Shown here: piece after piece, positions 1 through 7,297 of the stretch
How the letters are laid out: every line of letters begins with the position of its first letter
Numbering within the stretch: the stretch's first letter is position 1
Assembly (NCBI GenBank): GCA_029564175.1
Contig: JAKQQL010000474.1
Coordinates: forward strand, 1 to 64,000
Length of the DNA stretch: 64,000 nt
Direction of reading: 5' to 3'
From: Candidatus Cloacimonadota bacterium
Lineage (GTDB): Bacteria; Cloacimonadota; Cloacimonadia; Cloacimonadales; WRIO01
The notes under the pieces: generated by a model
Databases searched by the model: none
The model's input: the letters and a program-made list of their open reading frames with translations, nothing else
Told to the model about the DNA's origin: nothing
Made by a program: the position numbers and the translations under genes

Positions 1-21
1 TTTTCATAAATTTGTTAAGGC

Positions 22-50
22 TTGACAATCCACTTCTGATATGATATACT
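22..50 (+). promoter_or_regulatory. sigma70-type early promoter
   Basis: TTGACA-17 nt-TATACT with TG extended -10. Confidence 0.85.
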
Positions 51-86
51 TGTCTTAGATAGGAAAGATATTTAAATTCAGAAAGG

Positions 87-431
87 ATGAATATCATGAC
101 TATTAACACTTCTTATATGTTTGTTGTTGAAGTCGATGTCAATGATGGAGATATTTTAACAAAAGTTTCTGAAATTAATGATTCTAATAAAGTATCTAAA
201 ATAATGAATCTATTGATTAAAATCCAGGAAGATACATTGAATTTTAAAGATGGAAAGGGAATACCTTTTAGTGAAGATAATATTCATAAGTATTTGAAAA
301 AGGGTATTTTAACGGAAAAAGAAATTCAGCTACTTCGTAGTATAATTCCTGATAATAATATATTTGAAGATGTTCATACTATTGTATCAATTGTAGGATA
401 TCAAATTGATGGAAAAGATACCTGGATTTAA
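87..431 (+). CDS. hypothetical protein
   Basis: 114-aa ORF after promoter; AAAGGA near start. Confidence 0.7.
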   Translation: MNIMTINTSYMFVVEVDVNDGDILTKVSEINDSNKVSKIMNLLIKIQEDTLNFKDGKGIPFSEDNIHKYLKKGILTEKEIQLLRSIIPDNNIFEDVHTIVSIVGYQIDGKDTWI

Positions 432-443
432 AAGGAGATAGAA

Positions 444-650
444 ATGAATATTTCAGAAGAACAAATTGAACAATTTTTTCAATGGATTAGAGAAATGCCT
501 AAAGAAGAGTTTGAAGAAAGATTTAATAAGTATCATAAACAATCACAAAATCTTCTTGAAAAAAAAGAAAAAGAAGAAGAAGAAGAAGAAGAAGAAGAAT
601 ATCAAAGGAAATTAAAAGAAACACTAGACAGTCTAAAAAATAATCTCTGA
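444..650 (+). CDS. small acidic hypothetical protein with poly-Glu tract
   Basis: AAGGAG RBS; GAA trinucleotide run. Confidence 0.65.
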   Translation: MNISEEQIEQFFQWIREMPKEEFEERFNKYHKQSQNLLEKKEKEEEEEEEEEYQRKLKETLDSLKNNL

Positions 651-697
651 GAAGAAGATCAACCCAAAATTTATTTTTTCTTGGGTTATGGGATAAA

Positions 698-868
698 ATG
701 AAGAATCTCTATTATTATGATGATAAATACCCTTATTGTTCAAATGGAAAATTGCATGAAATTCCATATTCTTCATTAAATCCAAACATTCGTCAAAGAA
801 AATGTGATGTTTGTGGTGCATTAACAGTTGAACAAAGAAGGGATTTTGGCAATCTCACGGGCCTTTAG
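698..868 (+). CDS. small hypothetical protein with CxxC (MKNLYYYDDK...KCDVCG...)
   Basis: 56-aa ORF read manually; below the ORF-track cutoff. Confidence 0.45.
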   Translation: MKNLYYYDDKYPYCSNGKLHEIPYSSLNPNIRQRKCDVCGALTVEQRRDFGNLTGL

Positions 869-934
869 TTTAACTATCTAAAATGACGGCCTCCAAATCC
901 GTAGAACATGGGGAAGCACCATGAAGGCCCACCA
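859..934 (+). tRNA. tRNA-Trp(CCA), atypical T-loop
   Basis: acceptor GGGCCTT/AAGGCCC+ACCA; anticodon loop CTCCAAA; T-arm CATGG-GGAAGCA-CCATG. Confidence 0.8.
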
Positions 935-939
935 AAAAT

Positions 940-1077
940 AAATTTGAGCCGATGAATCTTGGTTCTCGTTTAAATTAAACGATGTAGCTTAATTGTGGTT
1001 AAAGCGTCTGACCTAGGTCAGAAGATGTTGGTTCGAGCCCAACCATACAACCCGAGATTCCTAACATGTTCAAATTT
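940..1077 (+). ncRNA. Y-RNA-like RNA 1 (terminal bulged helix enclosing tRNA-like D/anticodon/T arms)
   Basis: ends pair (TTTGAGCCGA...CATGTTCAAA; GAATCTTGG/CCGAGATTC); near-identical copy at 3255-3396. Confidence 0.6.
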
Positions 1078-1098
1078 TCATTTCGAAAAAGTTTCTGC

Positions 1099-1127
1099 TT
1101 GACAAGTTAGATCATGTGTGGTAGAAT
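1099..1127 (+). promoter_or_regulatory. sigma70-type promoter
   Basis: TTGACA-17-TAGAAT; near-identical to 3197-3225. Confidence 0.85.
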
Positions 1128-1181
1128 GGTTCTTGTTAGTTAGGAAGTCTGAAGCAAACTTTCTAAAAGTTATTGTAATAT

Positions 1182-1257
1182 CGGGAGTTAGTGAAGTCTG
1201 GTCTATCACACCTACCTTGGGCGTAGGTAATCATTGGTTCAAATCCAATACTTCCGA
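1182..1257 (+). tRNA. tRNA-Pro(TGG), no encoded CCA
   Basis: CGGGAGT/ACTTCCG-A acceptor; CCTAC-CTTGGGC-GTAGG; T-loop TTCAAAT. Confidence 0.85.
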
Positions 1258-1330
1258 GTCCTTCAATGATAATCTACTTCCACGTAGTGAAGGATGGTAA
1301 TTGACTAATAGGCAAGCTAAATGATTATCA
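1258..1330 (+). ncRNA. HDV-like (theta) ribozyme at tRNA-Pro 3' end
   Basis: P1 GTCCTTC/GAAGGAT, P2 TGATAATC/GATTATCA, P3 ACT/AGT, L3 TCCACGT, GG for P1.1, J4/2 GCTAA. Confidence 0.85.
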
Positions 1331-1437
1331 ATATATGTTTGACTGATTATTTCTGAAATAGTTTGGACCAAACTATTAAGTTTGTAATTGGTCGGATGAA
1401 AATTAATTTTCATGCTCCACCAGGCACACAATAATTC

Positions 1438-1509
1438 GGGATTGTGATGAAATCGTTATCATAACGGACTTTTAATCCGTCTTTTAGAGTTAAAATCTCT
1501 ACAATCCCA
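1438..1509 (+). tRNA. tRNA-Lys(TTT), no CCA, T-loop TTAAAAT
   Basis: GGGATTG/CAATCCC-A; ACGGA-CTTTTAA-TCCGT. Confidence 0.8.
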
Positions 1510-1582
1510 GTCCTTCAGAGAAGAAGCCTTTACGTGGCGAAGGATATAAGTAGCTTCAATAGGAAGTGAAACTAATTCTTTT
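1510..1582 (+). ncRNA. HDV-like (theta) ribozyme at tRNA-Lys 3' end
   Basis: P1 GTCCTTC/GAAGGAT, P3 GCC/GGC, L3 TTTACGT, J4/2 ACTAA, P2 AGAAGAA/TTCTTTT. Confidence 0.85.
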
Positions 1583-1594
1583 AAATTTTAATAT

Positions 1595-1680
1595 GGAAAA
1601 TACCGCTGAATGGTCGGCAACCGGACTTGAAATCCGGGGTTTCCCTTATAAGGAAAGAGGTTCGATTCCTCTATTTTCCG
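1595..1680 (+). tRNA. tRNA-Ser(TGA)
   Basis: CCGGA-CTTGAAA-TCCGG; long variable arm; TTCGATT T-loop; G73. Confidence 0.9.
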
Positions 1681-1681
1681 C

Positions 1682-1753
1682 ATCTATCATGATAAATGCC
1701 TCTACGTGGCGATAGACAGAAACGTATAGTAAAATATACGGCTAAATTTATCA
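1682..1753 (+). ncRNA. HDV-like (theta) ribozyme at tRNA-Ser 3' end
   Basis: P1 (A)TCTATC/GATAGA(C), P2 TGATAAAT/ATTTATCA, P3 GCC/GGC, L3 TCTACGT, P4 CGTATA/TATACG, GCTAA. Confidence 0.8.
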
Positions 1754-1755
1754 AT

Positions 1756-2505
1756 CTAATTTAATTGTTCAATTCTTTTATCAATAACAAAACAAATGGC
1801 GTCAACAAATTTTTGAGAAGATTTAACTGTAAACTTCTTTTGAGAAGAAACATCAATGATGCAAAGATTAATATTTTTCTCTTGACAGAGTTGATGTTTT
1901 CTAGCATCTTTATCTAAAATGTTTTGAAATTTGGAATCCTTTTCTTCACTTGTTTTACCAAAAACAGGTTGATAATGAAAAATACCATTCAATTCAAATG
2001 CCAAATTTAAAGATGGAATGTAAATATCAAGTTCCAGACCATCGAGAGTTTTTCTATCATTGTATTCAATATTTAAATTCAAATATTTTTCTTGAAGAGT
2101 GTTTTGAAGATAAAGTTCCAATTTGCTTCTTCGATATCCAGAAGTTTTGTGTGTGTTATTATATGTGGCGGCACAAGAACGAGAACAGAAATCGTTCCCG
2201 GATTTTGAAAGTTCAGAATTTTTCTTTTTAATTTCTTTTCCACATTGGGCACATTGAATGATTTTAGATGTTGAACGAAATTGTCCATGGCAAGAATGGG
2301 AACAAAAAATTTTAAATCCCCTTTTGATTTTGGTTTGAATTTCGTTTTTTGGAACATAAAATGTTTCACCACAATTGAGACATTTAATAGGAAGTTTGTC
2401 TCTTGAACCTGTATTTATAAATTCCCATTCGGAAAATAGAAATTGTTCATTGTCCATAAAATGGCCATATTCTTCATAATTCTTTTTACACATTTTAAAA
2501 ATCAC
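1756..2505 (-). CDS. putative homing endonuclease (Zn-finger repeats plus VSR/DUF559-like PD-(D/E)XK domain)
   Basis: CxxC...FCSxxC repeats; ELDIYIPSLNLAFELNGIFHY; paralog at 7298-8032; true start probably the ATG of MCKK. Confidence 0.8.
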   Translation of the reverse strand: MIFKMCKKNYEEYGHFMDNEQFLFSEWEFINTGSRDKLPIKCLNCGETFYVPKNEIQTKIKRGFKIFCSHSCHGQFRSTSKIIQCAQCGKEIKKKNSELSKSGNDFCSRSCAATYNNTHKTSGYRRSKLELYLQNTLQEKYLNLNIEYNDRKTLDGLELDIYIPSLNLAFELNGIFHYQPVFGKTSEEKDSKFQNILDKDARKHQLCQEKNINLCIIDVSSQKKFTVKSSQKFVDAICFVIDKRIEQLN

Positions 2506-2549
2506 TCCTTAATAGTTTTGGTTCTACTATTAAGTTTGGAATTTTTATT

Positions 2550-2572
2550 TTCGATTCCTCTATTTTCCGCCA
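2550..2572 (+). repeat. duplicated 3' end of tRNA-Ser(TGA) with CCA
   Basis: TTCGATTCCTCTATTTTCCGC identical to 1661-1681. Confidence 0.95.
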
Positions 2573-2627
2573 GTAAAAATAAATGATTGGAGAATACGAC
2601 AACACTCTCCAATCAAATCATCCTAAT
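2570..2627. repeat. hairpin module shared with 7231-7289
   Basis: CCAGTAAAAATAAATGATTGGAGAAT...CTCCAATCAAATCATCCTAAT at both loci. Confidence 0.85.
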
Positions 2628-2630
2628 TAT

Positions 2631-2795
2631 AATTTTATCAAACTGGAAAACTACCATCTTTAGGTGGTAGATAAAAATGAGTTAATTATTTGATATTAAG
2701 AAAAGCAACTGGAATTGGCAATTTACCTGCAGGTAAAGGGTTTTGTAGAAATCAAACTTTTCAAGAATCTCATTCTTTTAGGATGAGAGTATCAA
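2631..2795 (+). mobile_element. non-autonomous IS200/IS605-type element (copy 1, short)
   Basis: preceded by TTAT; left hairpin CTACCATCTTTAGGTGGTAG; right hairpin CTCATTCTTTTAGGATGAG ending GTATCAA; no tnpA/tnpB. Confidence 0.75.
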
Positions 2796-2840
2796 TTGGT
2801 TGTTCAAATTTTTAAATTCTAACGGAAAGAAGATGGAAAA

Positions 2841-3114
2841 ATGATTGTTGATATGTATGGAAGGGAAATTCGAGTAGGCGATACTGTTAAGATTCAGAAT
2901 CATGATGATGGTGGATGGTGGATGGCGAATTGCTCACATTATCAAAATTAAAATTGATATTCGATCTAAACAAAATATAACACAATTGACTACACTCATT
3001 TTACCCGAAGATCAAACCTATTATCTTCACTATTATCGTTATCGAAATCCTTTTATTTCTTGGATGAATCTGGATTCCAACAGAATTGCAAATTGCAATT
3101 CTGAATCGGTTTGA
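2841..3114 (+). pseudogene. frameshifted small gene (MIVDMYGREIRVGDTVKI...)
   Basis: frame change near a GGTGGAT tandem duplication; upstream leader shared with the 4020 gene. Confidence 0.5.
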
Positions 3115-3196
3115 TGGCAATGTTCAGAAATTAATTTCTGATTGTTCACGAGCAAAAAGAAAAGAATTTTAGGAATTTAACCAAAAAATTTGGTGC

Positions 3197-3225
3197 TTGA
3201 CAAGTTAGATCATATGTGGTAGAAT
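3197..3225 (+). promoter_or_regulatory. sigma70-type promoter
   Basis: TTGACA-17-TAGAAT. Confidence 0.85.
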
Positions 3226-3254
3226 GGTTCTTGTCAGTGAGAGAAGTTAGGAAA

Positions 3255-3396
3255 TGAATTTGAGCCGATGAATCTTGGTTCTCATTTAAATTAAACGATG
3301 TCTTAATTGGGGTTAAAGCGTCTGACTATATAGGTCAGAAGATGTTGGTTCGAGCCCAACCATACAAAACCGAGATTCCTAACATGTTCAAATTTA
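3255..3396 (+). ncRNA. Y-RNA-like RNA 2 (copy of 940-1077)
   Basis: same terminal helix and tRNA-like arms; different anticodon-like loop. Confidence 0.6.
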
Positions 3397-3399
3397 TAT

Positions 3400-3497
3400 T
3401 CCGTCGTAGCTTAATTGGCAAAGCACCTTCCTGTTAATGATATTTCGTGGTCAATTCTAGATAGAACCGGGAACTCTATCATTAGAGGAAAGACGGA
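3400..3497 (+). pseudogene. tRNA-Asn(GTT)-derived element lacking a T-arm
   Basis: TCCGTCG-TAGCTTAATTGGCAAAGCA-CCTTC-CTGTTAA, then an inserted TAATGATA/TATCATTA hairpin and GACGGA. Confidence 0.55.
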
Positions 3498-3534
3498 GAG
3501 AAAAGAGGACTCTCCCACCGACAATTTTTTAAAT

Positions 3535-3585
3535 GCCTCTATAGCTCAAGTGGAAGAGCAATTGCCTTGTAAGCAATAGGTTCCC
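3535..3585 (+). pseudogene. truncated tRNA-Thr(TGT), 5' two-thirds
   Basis: canonical D-arm and ATTGC-CTTGTAA-GCAAT; no T-arm or 3' acceptor strand. Confidence 0.7.
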
Positions 3586-3589
3586 TTAT

Positions 3590-3664
3590 GCCGAATTAGT
3601 ATATCACCTATTATGCCTGTCTTGTAAACAGGAGAAAGCCGGGGAGCACGGCTATTCGGCTCCA
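3590..3664 (+). tRNA. tRNA-Thr(TGT), atypical D/T loops
   Basis: GCCGAAT/ATTCGGC-TCCA; CCTGT-CTTGTAA-ACAGG; T-loop GGGAGCA. Confidence 0.8.
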
Positions 3665-3731
3665 ATAATCACTCACTTTTCTGAAGGTTGTAGTTTTTAA
3701 GCTTTCTAAAAAATTTCTTTTTGGTATGTTG

Positions 3732-3883
3732 AAATTGAACCGAACAATCAAGATTATCAAATTCCGACTGAATTAATAGGTTATTGTCCAAAAGACAACT
3801 AATTGCCAATCAAATCCAGATATGATTGGTTTATATCAAATTGAATTAAATAATGTGTCTTGGTTGGTAAACATGTTCAATTT
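3732..3883 (+). ncRNA. Y-RNA-like RNA 3 (non-tRNA cargo)
   Basis: AAATTGAACCGAA-CAATCAAGA ... TCTTGGTTG-GTAAACATGTTCAATTT; same terminal motif as RNAs 1, 2 and 4. Confidence 0.55.
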
Positions 3884-3890
3884 GCTTTAT

Positions 3891-3986
3891 GGCCTCTTCG
3901 TTTAATTGGTAAGACACCACTCTTATAATGTGGCAATGGCGGCAGATTACCGCAAGATATCCGTTCAAGTCGGATAGGGGCTACCA
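3891..3986 (+). tRNA. tRNA-Ile(TAT) with long variable arm
   Basis: loop CTTATAA; variable hairpin GCGG-CAGATTA-CCGC; T-loop TTCAAGT; ACCA end. Confidence 0.8.
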
Positions 3987-4019
3987 AAACTTAATAAAAA
4001 ACCGGAAAGGAAGATGGAA

Positions 4020-4380
4020 ATGAGTAGGGCAGAACAATTTGAAAAACTGTCGAAACCAATTGAAGGACAATCATCTATTCTTAGTGATCGAAATGGAAAA
4101 AGTTTTTCTGTTGGCGATAAGGTTGAATATACCACCAATGAAGTAGAATATGATTCATAAGGTATGCCATTTTTTGTAAAGAAAATATATACGGTTGAAT
4201 CTATTAGAAATTACCTTAAAACATTTTATATTCCATCGCGATGGAATTCAAACTCCCAAAATCATAACTTCAATAACACTTCTTTATGAAAGCCGTTATC
4301 ATTATGAAAACTATCGTCGTGGGGTTCGATGGACAGAATTAATTAAGGGCAGATTAGAAGTCCTATCGTCAATTGATTAA
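4020..4380 (+). pseudogene. disrupted small gene (MSRAEQFE...DRNGKSFSVGDKVEY...)
   Basis: in-frame TAA at 4158-4160 and a probable later frameshift. Confidence 0.5.
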
Positions 4381-4395
4381 GAGGAGGATAATTCA

Positions 4396-4593
4396 ATGAG
4401 TAAAATTTTGGAAAATGGATATTATCTCATGTCCCTTCCTAATAAGGAACAATTTGAAGTTGTCCAGATTGGAAAAGATGATGATGGAAATAATGTAATG
4501 GTTCGTCTTGGCAAGAGTGAAGATGCTTATGACCCTTGGGAATTTAAGATTCTTGGATATGAATTTGAAAGGCTGGACTTTATTATTAATTAA
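4396..4593 (+). CDS. hypothetical protein
   Basis: GAGGAGG RBS. Confidence 0.75.
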   Translation: MSKILENGYYLMSLPNKEQFEVVQIGKDDDGNNVMVRLGKSEDAYDPWEFKILGYEFERLDFIIN

Positions 4594-4672
4594 AATTTTG
4601 AAAGGAGTTTTTCAAATGTTGATTTTGGATGGCCTCTAGGATAGTTAATCTAAACTAGGGGAGAGTTTAAAA

Positions 4673-5425
4673 TTGAAAAACAAGTTTTGGATTTATCAAT
4701 ATGAGAAATGGCAGGAATATTCTTATGTTGATTTGATGATTTTGATTTATGATGATGTTTCTTTGGAACCTAGAAATCTCTGGTGGGATTATGATACATT
4801 GGATGATTCTTGTCGCATTGAAAAGAATGGGAAATGGTTTTATACCAGAGCACTTCGAAAGTTTGCTCATTCTGTAAATGAACAGAAACAAAATCCTCAT
4901 AGAAAAATTGTTATGGATAATCTTGACCGAATTGTTAATATGAGAGATTTTATCTTTGAGAATTTCGAAGTCATTTATAAGGCCATTCTTGCCGCCAGAC
5001 GTGCCCCCAAAAATGCATTTGGAATGAATCTTAAAACTTTTAAATTTTACAGATCATCTTTTTTCAATATCAGAAAATATCTGGAAGGGAAAAAGGAGAA
5101 GGTAAGATTTAACCCAACTCCGGGAAGCGGGCATGTCAATGCTGGTTCACACTGTTTCAGAAATTTCAAATACAAACATACTTGGGTAAACTATATTCCC
5201 GATGGTGATGATTTGGATTATGTTAATCGTAATGCCTTTAAAATCAAATCAACGGATAAATTAGACGTATGGGACGATGATCCCTATGCCCGATACAAGA
5301 GTTGGAAACATAATACCAAATGCCGTAAACAATATGAAATTCATTTGAAAAAACATCAGGAAACAATTAATACATGGGAAGAAAATCTTCCCTTTAAATG
5401 TGGAAGTAGTTTAAAGGTAAAATAG
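4673..5425 (+). CDS. hypothetical protein
   Basis: 250-aa ORF; GGGGAG RBS; TTG start. Confidence 0.75.
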   Translation: MKNKFWIYQYEKWQEYSYVDLMILIYDDVSLEPRNLWWDYDTLDDSCRIEKNGKWFYTRALRKFAHSVNEQKQNPHRKIVMDNLDRIVNMRDFIFENFEVIYKAILAARRAPKNAFGMNLKTFKFYRSSFFNIRKYLEGKKEKVRFNPTPGSGHVNAGSHCFRNFKYKHTWVNYIPDGDDLDYVNRNAFKIKSTDKLDVWDDDPYARYKSWKHNTKCRKQYEIHLKKHQETINTWEENLPFKCGSSLKVK

Positions 5426-5475
5426 TCGGTGTCCAACTGATAGATACAGACTTCAAACGTTTGTCTTCCGCTCCA
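5400..5475 (+). tRNA. tRNA-Gly(TCC), G at position 33
   Basis: GTGGAAG/CTTCCGC-TCCA; GTCGG-TGTCCAA-CTGAT. Confidence 0.7.
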
Positions 5476-5491
5476 AAAAAGAAAGGTTGTC

Positions 5492-6307
5492 TTGATATTG
5501 AAAAATACTTTAATCTCAAAAAAAGACAATCTGGATAGATTTTACACTTCAAATGAATTGGCTAAAAAATGTGTTCAATATGTTAAAGATTCTTGTAAAG
5601 ATATTGAATTGTTTTTAGAACCATCTGCGGGAAAAGGTTCTTTTTTAAATCATTTTGACAAAGACTTTGTTGCTTATGACATTGATAAATCTTTAAAAGA
5701 TGATAGAATCATTAAGAAAGATTTCTTTTCTATTCTTTTATTTCCTTTAAAAATAACATGTTGTATTGGCAATCCACCATTCGGGACATGTTCGACATTA
5801 GCTATCAAGTTTTTTAATCATTGTGCTTTTAATGATCATACGAAATATATAGCTTTCATTTTACCAAAAACATTTCGAAAAATATCCGTTCAAAATAAGT
5901 TATCACTTGAATTTACTCTTTTAAAAGACTTTGAAATTAAAAAAGATGATAGTTATTTTGATTGTCAGGGTGAAATGATTTATGTTCCTGTTTGTTTTCA
6001 AATATGGGAACGTCAGAAAAGAATGATTCATAAGATTCCAAAGAATATTTACTTTGAAAAAGTTAATAAAGAAACTGCTGATATTGCCATTAGGCGTGTT
6101 GGTGGGAATGCTGGAAAGATTAGTCATGATATTCAAAATCAAAATGAAAATTCAAATTATTTTCTAAAGATTATCCATCCAAAGTTTTTTGAGATTTATA
6201 ATTTAATTGATTTTGATACGGTAAGAAATAACACATCTGGCATTAGAAGCATCTCACTGAATGAGTTAATCATTCTTTTCTCGGAAAACGAAGGGAAGTT
6301 AAAATGA
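5492..6307 (+). CDS. N6-adenine DNA methyltransferase
   Basis: motif I LEPSAGKGSF, motif IV IGNPPFG. Confidence 0.85.
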   Translation: MILKNTLISKKDNLDRFYTSNELAKKCVQYVKDSCKDIELFLEPSAGKGSFLNHFDKDFVAYDIDKSLKDDRIIKKDFFSILLFPLKITCCIGNPPFGTCSTLAIKFFNHCAFNDHTKYIAFILPKTFRKISVQNKLSLEFTLLKDFEIKKDDSYFDCQGEMIYVPVCFQIWERQKRMIHKIPKNIYFEKVNKETADIAIRRVGGNAGKISHDIQNQNENSNYFLKIIHPKFFEIYNLIDFDTVRNNTSGIRSISLNELIILFSENEGKLK

Positions 6308-6777
6308 CATTTGAATTTGATAATACCTATTGCCTTCAAATTAAGCCAGAGGATTTGAAAATACCTTTTCTATCATTTGAGGAATCTCTAAACTTTCTTA
6401 GAAATGGTAGAGTTGGTGGGTTCTTGGTTGAACAAATGTTAAAGAATATGTTTGGATTTAAATTGACACAAAACAATAGTATGTATGATGCTGAATTTAA
6501 TGGTAAAAAGATTGAAATTCGAACAATCAATAAAACAGGTTCTAATTTAATTCCTTCAAATATGATCGGTGCCAGTAGGAAATATGATGAAAAGAAATAT
6601 CTACAGAAACTTGGTTCAATTGATTATTTTTGTTTTGTTGATATGAGAAATTTGCCAAACATATTTATCTTTTGTTATCCTTCGAAAAGGTTCTATCAGA
6701 ATGGTGTAATGAAGACTTTGCCGAAAGAATTGATGACAAAAAAATTAACTGCAAAAATTGAAATGGTGAACGCTTGA
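6304..6777 (+). CDS. putative PD-(D/E)XK restriction endonuclease
   Basis: E...YDAEFNGKKIEIR catalytic-like motif; ATGA overlap with the methyltransferase. Confidence 0.55.
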   Translation: MTFEFDNTYCLQIKPEDLKIPFLSFEESLNFLRNGRVGGFLVEQMLKNMFGFKLTQNNSMYDAEFNGKKIEIRTINKTGSNLIPSNMIGASRKYDEKKYLQKLGSIDYFCFVDMRNLPNIFIFCYPSKRFYQNGVMKTLPKELMTKKLTAKIEMVNA

Positions 6778-6802
6778 CAGACTGACCGAGATATGGTATA
6801 CT
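6774..6802 (+). promoter_or_regulatory. sigma70-type promoter
   Basis: TTGACA-17-TATACT. Confidence 0.85.
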
Positions 6803-6904
6803 TGTTCTTGTCAGGGAAGTCTACTTAAAGAATTGGGCGAACAACGATTGACAGGGTTGTTCATGGAACAGAAAGGGATGGGGTTCTGTTCCAATATAAA
6901 TAAT

Positions 6905-6994
6905 GGAATGTTGTTAGAGTGGTCGAATAGGCAGATTTGCTAAATCTTGACTGTGGTAAAACACACAAACGTTCGAATCGTTTACATTCCGCCA
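6905..6994 (+). tRNA. tRNA-Ser(GCT)
   Basis: GGAATGT/ACATTCC-GCCA; loop TTGCTAA; long variable arm; TTCGAAT. Confidence 0.9.
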
Positions 6995-7000
6995 GTATTT

Positions 7001-7136
7001 TAAATGGAGCCGTAGAAATACTATTCTCTCAAGTTCTTGGTTGAAGGTTCAAATCCTTTATTTCCCTTAAAAGGGAAATTAGCTCAATTGGTAGAGCTAG
7101 AACTCTCAATGGTGTTTCGATTCCATGTTCCATTTA
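7001..7136 (+). ncRNA. YrlA-like Y RNA (permuted tRNA-like domain)
   Basis: terminal helix ATGGAGCCG/CATGTTCCAT; order is T-arm (GAAGG-TTCAAAT-CCTTT), loop-closed acceptor (ATTTCCCTT-AA-AAGGGAAAT), D-arm (TAGCTCAATTGGTAGAGC). Confidence 0.75.
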
Positions 7137-7150
7137 TTTTTTGTAATAAT

Positions 7151-7227
7151 GGCCCTGTAGCCCAATTGGCAGAGGCAAGGGACTTAAAATCCCTCAGGTA
7201 TGGATTCGAATTCCATCAGGGCCACCA
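7151..7227 (+). tRNA. tRNA-Leu(TAA), short variable arm
   Basis: GGCCCTG/CAGGGCC-ACCA; AGGGA-CTTAAAA-TCCCT. Confidence 0.9.
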
Positions 7228-7297
7228 ACACCAGTAAAAATAAATGATTGGAGAATGTTGGCCGCATTCTCCAATCAAATCATCCTAATCTATTTAA

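Noticed and set aside
558..600. GAA repeat as a regulatory element
   Set aside because: Explained as an in-frame poly-Glu tract.
983..1050. Amber suppressor tRNA (CTA in loop)
   Set aside because: The loop is not 7 nt, there is no proper acceptor stem or CCA, and the duplicate copy has a different loop.
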